Position numbers and translations under genes: made by a program. A DNA stretch of 49,209 bases from Actinomycetales bacterium (GTDB lineage Bacteria; Actinomycetota; Actinomycetes; Actinomycetales; Quadrisphaeraceae), in the NCBI GenBank assembly GCA_038243415.1, contig JBBSRD010000001.1, positions 1 through 49,209 of the forward strand. Reading direction: 5' to 3'. The notes below the pieces were generated by a model. It was given only the letters and a program-made list of their open reading frames with translations. It was not told the DNA's origin and ran no database searches. The first letter of the stretch is position 1. Every line of letters starts with the position of its first letter. Below, in pieces: positions 7,658 through 15,454 of the stretch.

Positions 7658-8650
7658 TCATGGGACGCGCGCCCTCGGTGTCGTCGCTGGTGCGTCCAGC
7701 CGAAGGGGCTCCGGATCCGCCGTGCGACGCACGGAACGAGAGGCCGCCTCGAGCAGCACCTCGCGGGTGAGCCGCTCCGGGGGGCAGCAGATCGCCAGCC
7801 CGCGCGCGTCGAGCTCCGCGGCGACCTGCAGCTGGTGGTCGTCGACGTGCTCGCCGTGCGCTGCGAGCCGGGGCACGAGCACCGGGCACAGCCCCGCGTC
7901 CATGGCGGTCAGGGCCGCGCCGGTGCCGGAGTGCGCGACCACCACGTCGGCGCGGTGGACGGCGGCGAGCATCTCGTCGTGCGGCACCGACTCGCGGGCG
8001 TCGATCGCGCGGCCAGTGGACTGCAGGCCGGCGGTGTCGGTGACGCCGGTCTGCCAGAGCACGTCCGCTCCGTCCAGCGCGGGCGCCGCAGCGTCCAGCA
8101 TCCGCCGGAAGCCGTAGGACTCCGTGGTGCCGAGGGTGACCACGGCCCGCCGCAGCGCCACGTCGGCGACGAGGCGAGCGGGCCCGGGCTCGAAGGAGTC
8201 GAAGATCGAGCCGGCGTAGCGCCACGGGCCGCCCGCCCACGCGGGGTACTGCGTGAACGTCGCGATGCGCGGCAGCGGACGCAGGATCCGCCCTGTCATG
8301 GAGGGCCCCGTCGCTCGGGCCGCGGTCTCGATGAAGTACGCGGGGATGCCGAGCGCGGCGGCGACGGGCAGGACGTTCACAGCGAGCGACGAGCCGGTGC
8401 TCACCACGGCGGTCCACCGCTTCGACGCGACGACCTTGGCGCCCAGCACCTGGTTACGCGCGATGTTCAGCACGTCCCGCGGAGCGGCGTAGGTGGCGAA
8501 GCGGACGTCCTCCCCCGCGAGCAGGCCGCGGCTCAGGCCGGTGTCGAAGGTGAGCCAGGTGCGCTCCTCGTCGGCCCAGGGCAGGCGGCCGGCGAGCTGG
8601 TGGAGCTGCTTGAGGTGTCCGCCGCCGGAGCACGCCAGGAGGATCGCCAC
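7658..8650 (-). CDS. Fused Alg14-like/Alg13-like (GT28 C-terminal domain) glycosyltransferase
   Basis: N-terminal half: VAILLACSGGGHLKQL...STGSSLAVNVLPVAAALGIPAYFIETAARATGPSMTGRIL (Alg14/PssD-like). C-terminal half: VVTLGTT...ADVVVAHSGTGAALTAMDAGLCPVLVPR...DDHQLQVAAEL (Alg13/Cps14G-like). I prefer the GTG at 8650, 1 nt after the upstream stop. The listed ORF start at 8719 is the alternative. Confidence 0.75.
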   Translation of the reverse strand: MAILLACSGGGHLKQLHQLAGRLPWADEERTWLTFDTGLSRGLLAGEDVRFATYAAPRDVLNIARNQVLGAKVVASKRWTAVVSTGSSLAVNVLPVAAALGIPAYFIETAARATGPSMTGRILRPLPRIATFTQYPAWAGGPWRYAGSIFDSFEPGPARLVADVALRRAVVTLGTTESYGFRRMLDAAAPALDGADVLWQTGVTDTAGLQSTGRAIDARESVPHDEMLAAVHRADVVVAHSGTGAALTAMDAGLCPVLVPRLAAHGEHVDDHQLQVAAELDARGLAICCPPERLTREVLLEAASRSVRRTADPEPLRLDAPATTPRARVP

Positions 8651-8651
8651 G

Positions 8652-9725
8652 TCAGCGGGCCGCCGTGTCGTGAGCAGCGCGGTTGGCGGTGACGTCGATG
8701 ACGGCGTCACGGCAGCCACGGGTCACCGGGCCGGAGTCCGAAGCGACCGTCAGCGGTGGTCGCGGCACGTCCGCCCATCCCTGCAGCCACAAGGACCGCT
8801 GTGCGAACGCGGTGCGCCAGGCGTGGTCGCCACCGGTGACCTTCTCGCGCAGCGCACGAAGGCCGACCCCGAGGGCGAGCATCGTGCGGCTCGCCGTCCA
8901 CGTCATGGCGCCGGCATCGCGCTGATAGAGCGTCGCCTTGCCCCGCATCACCATGAGGACCTTCGCCGCGGACGAGGACGTGGCTCCCTTGGCGTGGACG
9001 ACCGCCGCGGCGGGGGTGAACGAGGGCCGGTAGCCCGCTGTCCTGGCGCGCACGGAGAGGTCGACGTCCTCGCCGTACATGAAGAAGGACTCGTCGAAGC
9101 CGCCGAGCATCTCGAAGACCTCGCGGGGAGCCATGAGCAGGCACCCGGTGATGACGCCGACCTCGCGCACGGTGTCGTAGCCCCACCACCCCAGCGACTC
9201 GGGGTCGAACGTACGGGTCCCGGCGAAGACGGTGCTCAGCCCGGTGGCGAAGCAGGCCTGGCTCCACAGGGTCGGCTCGCCCCACACCGACGCGGGGTCG
9301 GGCTCACCGTCGGGGGTGAGGGTGCGGCCGCCGACGAGCCCGCGGGAGGGGTCCTCGTCGAGGAAGGCAGCGAGTGCGTCGACCGCACCGGGGAGCACCT
9401 CGGTGTCGGGGTTGAGGAACAGCACCCGCTCACCGCGGGCCAGCGACGCGCCGAGGTTGCAGGCCCTCCCGAAGCCGACGTTCTGCTCCAGCTCGATAAG
9501 GCGCAGGCGCGTGAGGTCAGCGGTCAGCGTCTCGCGCAGCGGAGGCATCGAGGCGTTGTCGACGAGGACCACCTCATGGGTGAGGGCCGGCTCTCCCTCG
9601 CCGGCCAGGGAGGCCAGGCAGCGGTCCAGCCACTGGGGGGCGCCATAGCCGACGACGACGATCGAGACCTCGACGGCCGGTGCCTGACCACCGGTCGGGC
9701 CGGTCTCTGCCGGGGGGTGAACCAT
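8652..9725 (-). CDS. Family 2 glycosyltransferase
   Basis: VSIVVVGYGAPQWLDRCLASL...VLVDNAS...NVGFGRACNLG...FLNPDTEV...FFMYGEDVDLS. I prefer the ATG at 9725, which has GGAGAGGAG upstream. The listed start 9734 is a GTG. Confidence 0.85.
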   Translation of the reverse strand: MVHPPAETGPTGGQAPAVEVSIVVVGYGAPQWLDRCLASLAGEGEPALTHEVVLVDNASMPPLRETLTADLTRLRLIELEQNVGFGRACNLGASLARGERVLFLNPDTEVLPGAVDALAAFLDEDPSRGLVGGRTLTPDGEPDPASVWGEPTLWSQACFATGLSTVFAGTRTFDPESLGWWGYDTVREVGVITGCLLMAPREVFEMLGGFDESFFMYGEDVDLSVRARTAGYRPSFTPAAAVVHAKGATSSSAAKVLMVMRGKATLYQRDAGAMTWTASRTMLALGVGLRALREKVTGGDHAWRTAFAQRSLWLQGWADVPRPPLTVASDSGPVTRGCRDAVIDVTANRAAHDTAAR

Positions 9726-9844
9726 CCGAAACACTCCTCTCCACAGCGCATGGGCCGTCGCTTGGTTGCAGAGTGCGACGGATTGTCACAGTGAAACAGG
9801 CGCAGGCGGGCACGGGGAGCAGACCGGAACACTGCCGCAGCAGG

Positions 9845-9985
9845 CCACCGGACTCCACCAGGGTCGGCGGCACAGGCGTCGCAAGCTGCGGTGAAGGCGG
9901 GGACCACAGCGATGAAGGCGCGACACTGCTCAGCGTTGAGCGTCGTGAAGTCCCGATCGAAGCGTGGCGTCGACTCGTACTTCAC
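9845..9985 (-). pseudogene. Possible truncated toxin gene of a toxin-antitoxin pair
   Basis: The GTG at 9985 overlaps the upstream stop (GTGA). The first ~47 codons (VKYESTPRFDRDFTTLNAEQCRAFIAVVPAFTAACDACAADPGG) look protein-like. After that, listed ORF 9524..9985 becomes Arg/Ser/Pro junk and runs into the GT2 gene. Confidence 0.3.
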
Positions 9986-10269
9986 GCCGGGGCCGGGCCG
10001 TGGCTGCCCGCAGCCTCTTCTCGTCCTGCGTGTTCGTCGAGCTCTTTCAGGTGCTCGACGAACACGTCGGACGACTCGTGCCGGACCACCTCGCCCCGCT
10101 GCAGGTGCTCCTCGACCCGGTGCTCACCGCCCTGCCAGCGCTCGCTCCAGAACCATGCCTGGTCTGCCGGGACTGCAGCGGTGGGACGTACCTCCAGCAC
10201 GCCGTCCTCGCGCTCGATGATCTCCACCTGCGCGCCGGGCCGGTCAAGGCCGTAGCCCCGGATCGCCAC
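9982..10269 (-). CDS. AbrB/SpoVT-like antitoxin-type small protein (N-terminus uncertain or truncated)
   Basis: VAIRGYGLDRPGAQVEIIEREDGVLEVRP...AWFWSERWQGGEHRVEEHLQRGEVVRHESSDVFVEHLKELD. The looped-hinge-like segment plus the WFW..W motif recall MazE/AbrB-type antitoxins. The GTG at 10269 is the first canonical in-frame start after the upstream gene. Confidence 0.4.
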   Translation of the reverse strand: MAIRGYGLDRPGAQVEIIEREDGVLEVRPTAAVPADQAWFWSERWQGGEHRVEEHLQRGEVVRHESSDVFVEHLKELDEHAGREEAAGSHGPAPA

Positions 10270-10321
10270 GCACGCGACGGCGTCGAGCCGAGCCAGCAGC
10301 TGGTCCGGCCCTGCGCTCCGG

Positions 10322-11188
10322 TCAGCTCCACCCGTTCTTGCCCGTGGCCAGCCGGCGCACCCGCCGCCTGGCATGGATGAACTTTCGCCGCCACCCGATG
10401 GAGTGGCGCAGGTCGAGCGTGGCGACCTGCACGTGAGCAGCGTCGTTCCTCGTCTGTGCCAGCCACTCAGCCAGGGTGGTGGCGCCCGTCGCCCTCGCCG
10501 AGAGCGGCATCGCCGCCTGGTAGGCGGCCTCGTCCGTGAAGGCTGTCAGCGGATGACGAGGATCGTCGAGGTGCTCCTCGGCGACGAGCGGCAACGGCCA
10601 CCCGTTGACGTAGCCGGCCTTCGCGGCCTGCAGGCACCAGCCGACGAAGCTCAGCCCGGGGCGTAGCGGACCCAGCTCGCGGACGAGGTCGCGGCGCAGC
10701 ATGTGCCCGCTGCCCTGCACCCAGTGGTTGCGCAGCAGGCGGACACCGTGAACCTCGGCGATCTTGGGCGAGGCGCGCACCTCGTCCCAGTCCTCGGGCA
10801 GGAACCGCCACGATCCCAGCACCCCGAGACCGTCCCAGGCGTCCAGCGCGCTCGACAGGTGCTCGACCCAGCCGGGCTCCATCAGCGAGTCGTCGTCGAC
10901 CTTGGAGACGAACCGCCCCTCCGCCTCCGTCCACACCCAGTTGATCGCCGCCTGCAGGCCCAGGTTCTCGGGGGAGTGGTGGAAGCGGTGCAGCCGCGGG
11001 TGGTCCAGGTGCGGTTCGATGACGTCGAGCACCTCGCGGTCGTCCCCGTTGTGCCACACCCACACCCGCCCGTCCGCCGGCATCGTGGAGAGCAGCCGCG
11101 GCAGCGACAGCGAGGTGTAGCGGGGACGGTCGTGGGTGATCAGCACGACGTCGAGCCCGGTCCCCGGTGTGGCGGGGCCCGGGCTCAT
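10322..11188 (-). CDS. GT-A fold (GT2-like) glycosyltransferase
   Basis: The internal ATG at 11188 overlaps the upstream stop (ATGA). LDVVLITHDRPRYTSLSLPRLL...VSKVDDDSLMEPGW. Confidence 0.7.
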   Translation of the reverse strand: MSPGPATPGTGLDVVLITHDRPRYTSLSLPRLLSTMPADGRVWVWHNGDDREVLDVIEPHLDHPRLHRFHHSPENLGLQAAINWVWTEAEGRFVSKVDDDSLMEPGWVEHLSSALDAWDGLGVLGSWRFLPEDWDEVRASPKIAEVHGVRLLRNHWVQGSGHMLRRDLVRELGPLRPGLSFVGWCLQAAKAGYVNGWPLPLVAEEHLDDPRHPLTAFTDEAAYQAAMPLSARATGATTLAEWLAQTRNDAAHVQVATLDLRHSIGWRRKFIHARRRVRRLATGKNGWS

Positions 11189-12036
11189 GACGCCACCCGG
11201 CTGGAGCGATCGTGGTTCCAGCCGATGACCGCGCCGCCAGCCAGCGCGAGCCGGAGCCGGACCAGCACGGTGAGCGCGACGAAGGAGCCCACCCACGGCC
11301 ACGTCCGGGGCGAGCGCAGGAGAGGCAGGAGCGCCCGCGCCCCGGTCACCCCTGGCTGGGGGACGAGCGCTATGCCGCTCGCAGCGAGCTGCACGTTGCC
11401 GGTGCGGCCGCGCAGCGCGCGCGCGACGTACGAGCGCACCGTGCGCGGCGGACGGACCTCATAGGTGCCCTCGCTCGTCGTGCGCTCCCCTGGGGCGAAG
11501 GAGCGGCGGACGTAGTCGTCATCGGCTATCACGTCGGGGAAGGGAGCGATGCGGGCGTGGCCCGCCTCGGACACGGCGTACACGCCCGAGCCGAGGTAGC
11601 CCTCGCGCGTCACCGGCAGAGAGGCCCACGCCCGGTAGTGCCAGGCCACCACGGGGGAGACCCCGTCAGTGACGAGCCGGACGTGCGGGGCACCTGCGAG
11701 CGCGGGGCCAGCCCTGAGGGCGGCGGCGAGGGTCCGGGCATCGCGGGTGCTGAGGACCGCGTCGGCGTCGAGGTAGATGCGCGGGAACGACGATGCCGCG
11801 GCGTCGCCGGCGTTGATCGCACCGATCTTCCCGGGCTCTGGCAGCTCGATGACCCGGACGTCGCGGTGACGCCGGGCGCGCTCGGCGGTGTCGTCGCTGC
11901 AGGCGTTGGCGGCGACGACCACCTCGAGCTCGCCGGGCTCCGCGTCCGCCATCAAGGCAGCGAGACAGCGGTCGATGACCTCCGCCTCGTCATGGGCAGG
12001 CACGATCACGGACATCTCGCTCACCACACGGTTCAT
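11185..12036 (-). CDS. Family 2 glycosyltransferase
   Basis: MSVIVPAHDEAEVIDRCLAAL...VVVAANACSDDTAE...GKIGAINAGD...IYLDADAVL. Confidence 0.85.
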   Translation of the reverse strand: MNRVVSEMSVIVPAHDEAEVIDRCLAALMADAEPGELEVVVAANACSDDTAERARRHRDVRVIELPEPGKIGAINAGDAAASSFPRIYLDADAVLSTRDARTLAAALRAGPALAGAPHVRLVTDGVSPVVAWHYRAWASLPVTREGYLGSGVYAVSEAGHARIAPFPDVIADDDYVRRSFAPGERTTSEGTYEVRPPRTVRSYVARALRGRTGNVQLAASGIALVPQPGVTGARALLPLLRSPRTWPWVGSFVALTVLVRLRLALAGGAVIGWNHDRSSRVAS

Positions 12037-12122
12037 GCTAGTGACTCTGTGTGGCGAGTGCGGGCGCTCGCGGGTATTGGGTCAGGGCTCTCCGAAGCAT
12101 CGAGAGGTCAGTCCCAGACACC

Positions 12123-13274
12123 TCAGCGGGCGCGGGCGGTGGGGACCTCCGAGCCGCTGCCCGTGAACCGGTTTCCGCCGGCCAGCAGGACCGAGCGCGG
12201 GGACAGCACCTGGCCGTACCGGCTCGTCGTCCCGAACGTGTTGTTGCGGATGACGAGGTCGGTCGCGGTGATGTCGGCGCGCACGTTGAGCGTGTAGTTC
12301 CCGCCGTCGAGGTGGTTGTCCTCGATCAGGACGCGTTCGACCTTGCGGCCCCCGGTCTCAGAGCCCAGCATGATCGCGGCGTTGTTGTAGTCCCCGCGGC
12401 TGGTGTTGTTCGCGTCGAGCGTGTTGCCCCGGACGACGACGTCGGTCGCGGACGTGGTCTGCACGGCGTCGGAGTGCAGCGTCCGGATGCGGACCAGGTC
12501 GTGGATCCAGCTGTTCTCGATGAGCACCCGGTGGCCGAAGCGGGCGCCGTCGGCGCAGCCGTGGACGTTCACCCTGCGCAGGGTGTACCGGCTGTACCCG
12601 ACACAGACCGCGGTGGAGCCGCGCCCGTCGATCTCGACGTCCTCCACGGTCAGGCGGTCGCCGGAGTCGGCGATCGCGACGGCGACCTGGCCCTCGGCTG
12701 AGGCGCACCTGATGCGGCTGGAGCGGATGGTCACGTCTTTCGCCCTCACCTGGACGCACCCGTCGATGTCCAGACCCTCGACCACGGCTCCGTCCTGCGT
12801 GATGCTGATCGAGCCCGAGGGCGCGAGCCTGGTCCCGGCGGGGACGCCGGTGCTCGCGGCTCCGGCGCGCGAGCCGGGTGCTCCGGGATCGACCGCCCTG
12901 AACCACCGCGTGACGACACGGGTCCCGCGGTCGGGCGTCTCGATGACCGTCCGGAGCTTCGTGAGGCCGCGGAGCCCCGACAGGTCGACGTCGGCGCTCG
13001 CCGTGAACGCCCCCCGATACGGCTCGATGCTGGTGTCCTCCGCCAGCGCCCGGCCGTCGACCGTGAACTGCACGCGATCGGCGGCCGTGCTGGAGATCGC
13101 GTCGAGGCGCACGAGCCCGGCCGGCACGCTGGACAGCGTGATGCTCGACCCGGCGTAGCGCACCTGGTCGGGGCTCGCGGCCTCGGCGTGGGCGGGGACG
13201 CTGACCGCGGACAGGGCGAGCGCGACGGCACCGACGAGGACGAGACGGCGCACCGCGGCGCGGGCAGCGGTCAC
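12123..13274 (-). CDS. Secreted right-handed beta-helix protein, paralog 1 (candidate glycanase, lyase or epimerase)
   Basis: The GTG at 13274 overlaps the upstream stop. Signal peptide VTAARAAVRRLVLVGAVALALSAVSVPAHA. Shared core: RYTLRRVNVHGCADGARFGHRVLIENSWIHDL...LHSDAVQTTSA...NNAAIMLGSETG...DNHLDGGNYTLNVR. Confidence 0.7.
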   Translation of the reverse strand: MTAARAAVRRLVLVGAVALALSAVSVPAHAEAASPDQVRYAGSSITLSSVPAGLVRLDAISSTAADRVQFTVDGRALAEDTSIEPYRGAFTASADVDLSGLRGLTKLRTVIETPDRGTRVVTRWFRAVDPGAPGSRAGAASTGVPAGTRLAPSGSISITQDGAVVEGLDIDGCVQVRAKDVTIRSSRIRCASAEGQVAVAIADSGDRLTVEDVEIDGRGSTAVCVGYSRYTLRRVNVHGCADGARFGHRVLIENSWIHDLVRIRTLHSDAVQTTSATDVVVRGNTLDANNTSRGDYNNAAIMLGSETGGRKVERVLIEDNHLDGGNYTLNVRADITATDLVIRNNTFGTTSRYGQVLSPRSVLLAGGNRFTGSGSEVPTARAR

Positions 13275-14443
13275 GGCGCGACCACGCGGACCGGTCCGCC
13301 GGTGGCGGCGTAGACGTTGCCGGTCCCGAGGGGCACCTGTGCGGGCGTCAGGACGGAGCCGAACCTGGTGGAGTCGCCGAAGGAGTTGTCGCGGATCACG
13401 ACGCCGGAGACGTTGATGTCCCCGCGGACGTTGAGCGCGTAGTTGCCGCCGTCGAGGTGGTTGCCCTCCACGATGAGCCGGGTGACGATCCGGCTCCCGG
13501 TCTCGGACCCGAGCATCAGAGCCGCGTTGGCGAACTTGCCGTCGGGCTCCCGCGCGTCCAAGGTGCTGCGTCGGATCACGACGTCGGAGGCGGACGTCGT
13601 CTGCAGGGCGTCGGAGTGCAGCGTCCCGATGCGCGCGAGGTCGTGCACCCAGCTGTCCTCGATCAGGACCCGGTGACCGAAGCGTGCCCCGTCGGCGCAC
13701 CCGTGCAGGTCCACCCGGCGCAGGGTGTAGTCGCCCCATCCCACGCACACCGGCGTGGTGCCCAGCCCGTCGACCTCGACACCCTCGAGCGTGAGGTTCT
13801 TCGCCCCACCACCCAGGAGGACGGCGACGCCGCTGCTGGGGCCATCACAGCGGATCCTCGTGTTCCGGATGGTCACGTCGGAGGCGCGGACGTTGACGCA
13901 TCCCTGCACGTCCAGGCCGTCGACGACGGTGCCGGCCCGCCAGATGCTGAGCGCGCCGCTCGGCGTGAGGGTTGTGCCGGAGGGCACCCCGGTGAGGGAG
14001 GTGTCGGGGAGCGGCACGCCGGAGACCGGCGGTGCGTCGGGGGACGAGTTGCCCGACGGCGGAGGGGGGATCGCCCGGAAGAACTTCCACACCCTCCGGC
14101 TGGACTTCCCGGTCTGGAACTTCACGGTCAGCTCCGTGAGCCCGTGGAACCCCGTCAGGTCCACCTCGGTGGAGGCGAGCCAGCTGTCACCCTCCTGGAC
14201 GACCGTCGTGTCCTGGCCGAGCACCTGGGAGCCGATGGAGTACGTCGCAGAAGATGCCGGGGTCGTGGAGAGAGCATCGATGGTGACGACCTGCGCCGGT
14301 ACCCGCGCCATGTTGAGGCTGGCGCCGTCGTAGCGCAGGAAGTCGCTGGCTGCGGCGGCGGGTGATGCGCCGGCGATGGTGACGAGCACCGCGGCGAGCG
14401 CCGCTGCTGGGGCGATCCGGCGGGCGCGCGGTCGTGCGGTCAT
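13271..14443 (-). CDS. Secreted right-handed beta-helix protein, paralog 2
   Basis: The ATG at 14443 lies inside listed ORF 13271..15967. Signal peptide MTARPRARRIAPAAALAAVLVTIAGASPAAAA. It has the same conserved core as paralog 1: DYTLRRVDLHGCADGARFGHRVLIEDSWVHDL...LHSDALQTTSA. Confidence 0.7.
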   Translation of the reverse strand: MTARPRARRIAPAAALAAVLVTIAGASPAAAASDFLRYDGASLNMARVPAQVVTIDALSTTPASSATYSIGSQVLGQDTTVVQEGDSWLASTEVDLTGFHGLTELTVKFQTGKSSRRVWKFFRAIPPPPSGNSSPDAPPVSGVPLPDTSLTGVPSGTTLTPSGALSIWRAGTVVDGLDVQGCVNVRASDVTIRNTRIRCDGPSSGVAVLLGGGAKNLTLEGVEVDGLGTTPVCVGWGDYTLRRVDLHGCADGARFGHRVLIEDSWVHDLARIGTLHSDALQTTSASDVVIRRSTLDAREPDGKFANAALMLGSETGSRIVTRLIVEGNHLDGGNYALNVRGDINVSGVVIRDNSFGDSTRFGSVLTPAQVPLGTGNVYAATGGPVRVVAP

Positions 14444-14554
14444 GGGGTCCTCCGTCGATGGTGATCGCGAGGGCCATCGACATGAGATCACGCACCGTGA
14501 ACCCTGGTCGGTCATCTCCACCCGTTCGGTGCAAGCGCCACCTAGCCTGGCCGG

Positions 14555-15454
14555 GTGCTCGTCCGCCGCGTCGCCGGAGGCTGGATGGCCGTCCTCGTCG
14601 GGATCTCCCTGAGCCTGGCCAGCTGCTCCTCCGCGCGCTCCCCGCTCCCGCAGAGCACGCCGGGCGTCGAGCAGTCGCCGAACGTCGCACTGCCGGAGAG
14701 GTCGGGGCCGGTCGACCCCAGAGACACCGGGGTTCCCGCTGGCGTGAGCCTGAAGCCGTCGAAGGGGCTGCGGATCACCGAGGACGACACCGTGGTCGAC
14801 GGGATGGACGTCGACGGGTGCGTCCTGGTCGAGGCGGACGACGTCATCATCCGCAACACCCGGATCCGCTGCGACGACCGGGAGAGACAGCTGGTGGTGC
14901 AGGTCGGCGACGAGGCGCAGAACCTCGTCGTCGAGCGCAGCGAGATCGACGGGCGCGGGCGGATGGCGGTCGGGATCGGGTGGTCGCGCTACACCCTCAC
15001 GAACGTGGACGTCCACGGCGTCGCCGACGGTGCGCGGTTCGGGCACGGGGTGCTCATCGAGAACAGCTGGGTCCACGACATGGCGCGCATCGGTTCGCTG
15101 CACTCCGACGCGCTGCAGACCACCTCGGCCTCGGACGTCGTCATCCGGGGCAACGTGCTGGACCCCACGCGGGGCCGTGACGGCGACTACAACAACGCTG
15201 CCCTGATGATCGGCTCCGAGACGGGCAGCAAGCTGGTGCGCGACGTGCTCGTGGAGGGCAACTCGCTCGACGGCGGCAACTACAGCCTCAACGTCCGGGC
15301 CGACGCCACGGTCCAGGGGCTGGTCGTCCGGGGCAACGTCTTCGGGGACGACTCCCGCTACGGCCCGGTGCTGGCTCCCGGCGCGGTGACGCTCGACGAG
15401 GACAACGTGACGGTCTCCGGCGACGCCGTGAAGGTGGTCCGCGCCAAGCCCTGA
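14555..15454 (+). CDS. Beta-helix lipoprotein, paralog 3 (lacks the N-terminal domain of paralogs 1 and 2)
   Basis: Lipobox LSLASC. Core: RYTLTNVDVHGVADGARFGHGVLIENSWVHDM...LHSDALQTTSA...NNAALMIGSETG...GNSLDGGNYSLNVR. Confidence 0.7.
   Translation: MLVRRVAGGWMAVLVGISLSLASCSSARSPLPQSTPGVEQSPNVALPERSGPVDPRDTGVPAGVSLKPSKGLRITEDDTVVDGMDVDGCVLVEADDVIIRNTRIRCDDRERQLVVQVGDEAQNLVVERSEIDGRGRMAVGIGWSRYTLTNVDVHGVADGARFGHGVLIENSWVHDMARIGSLHSDALQTTSASDVVIRGNVLDPTRGRDGDYNNAALMIGSETGSKLVRDVLVEGNSLDGGNYSLNVRADATVQGLVVRGNVFGDDSRYGPVLAPGAVTLDEDNVTVSGDAVKVVRAKP

Noticed and set aside
7287-8417. Listed 376-aa minus-strand ORF spanning the precursor region and the Alg14/13-like gene.
   Set aside because: Only its last 50 codons (precursor A2) are meaningful. 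The remainder is Arg/Pro-rich and out of frame with the motif-bearing GT gene that occupies 7658-8650.
9574-9873. Alternative frames in the toxin remnant, including a Cys-rich stretch (SPVACCGSVPVCSPCPPAPVSL), considered as a possible second RiPP precursor.
   Set aside because: It has no start codon or RBS, no partner maturation genes facing it, and it overlaps degenerate read-through sequence. Most likely a frame artefact.
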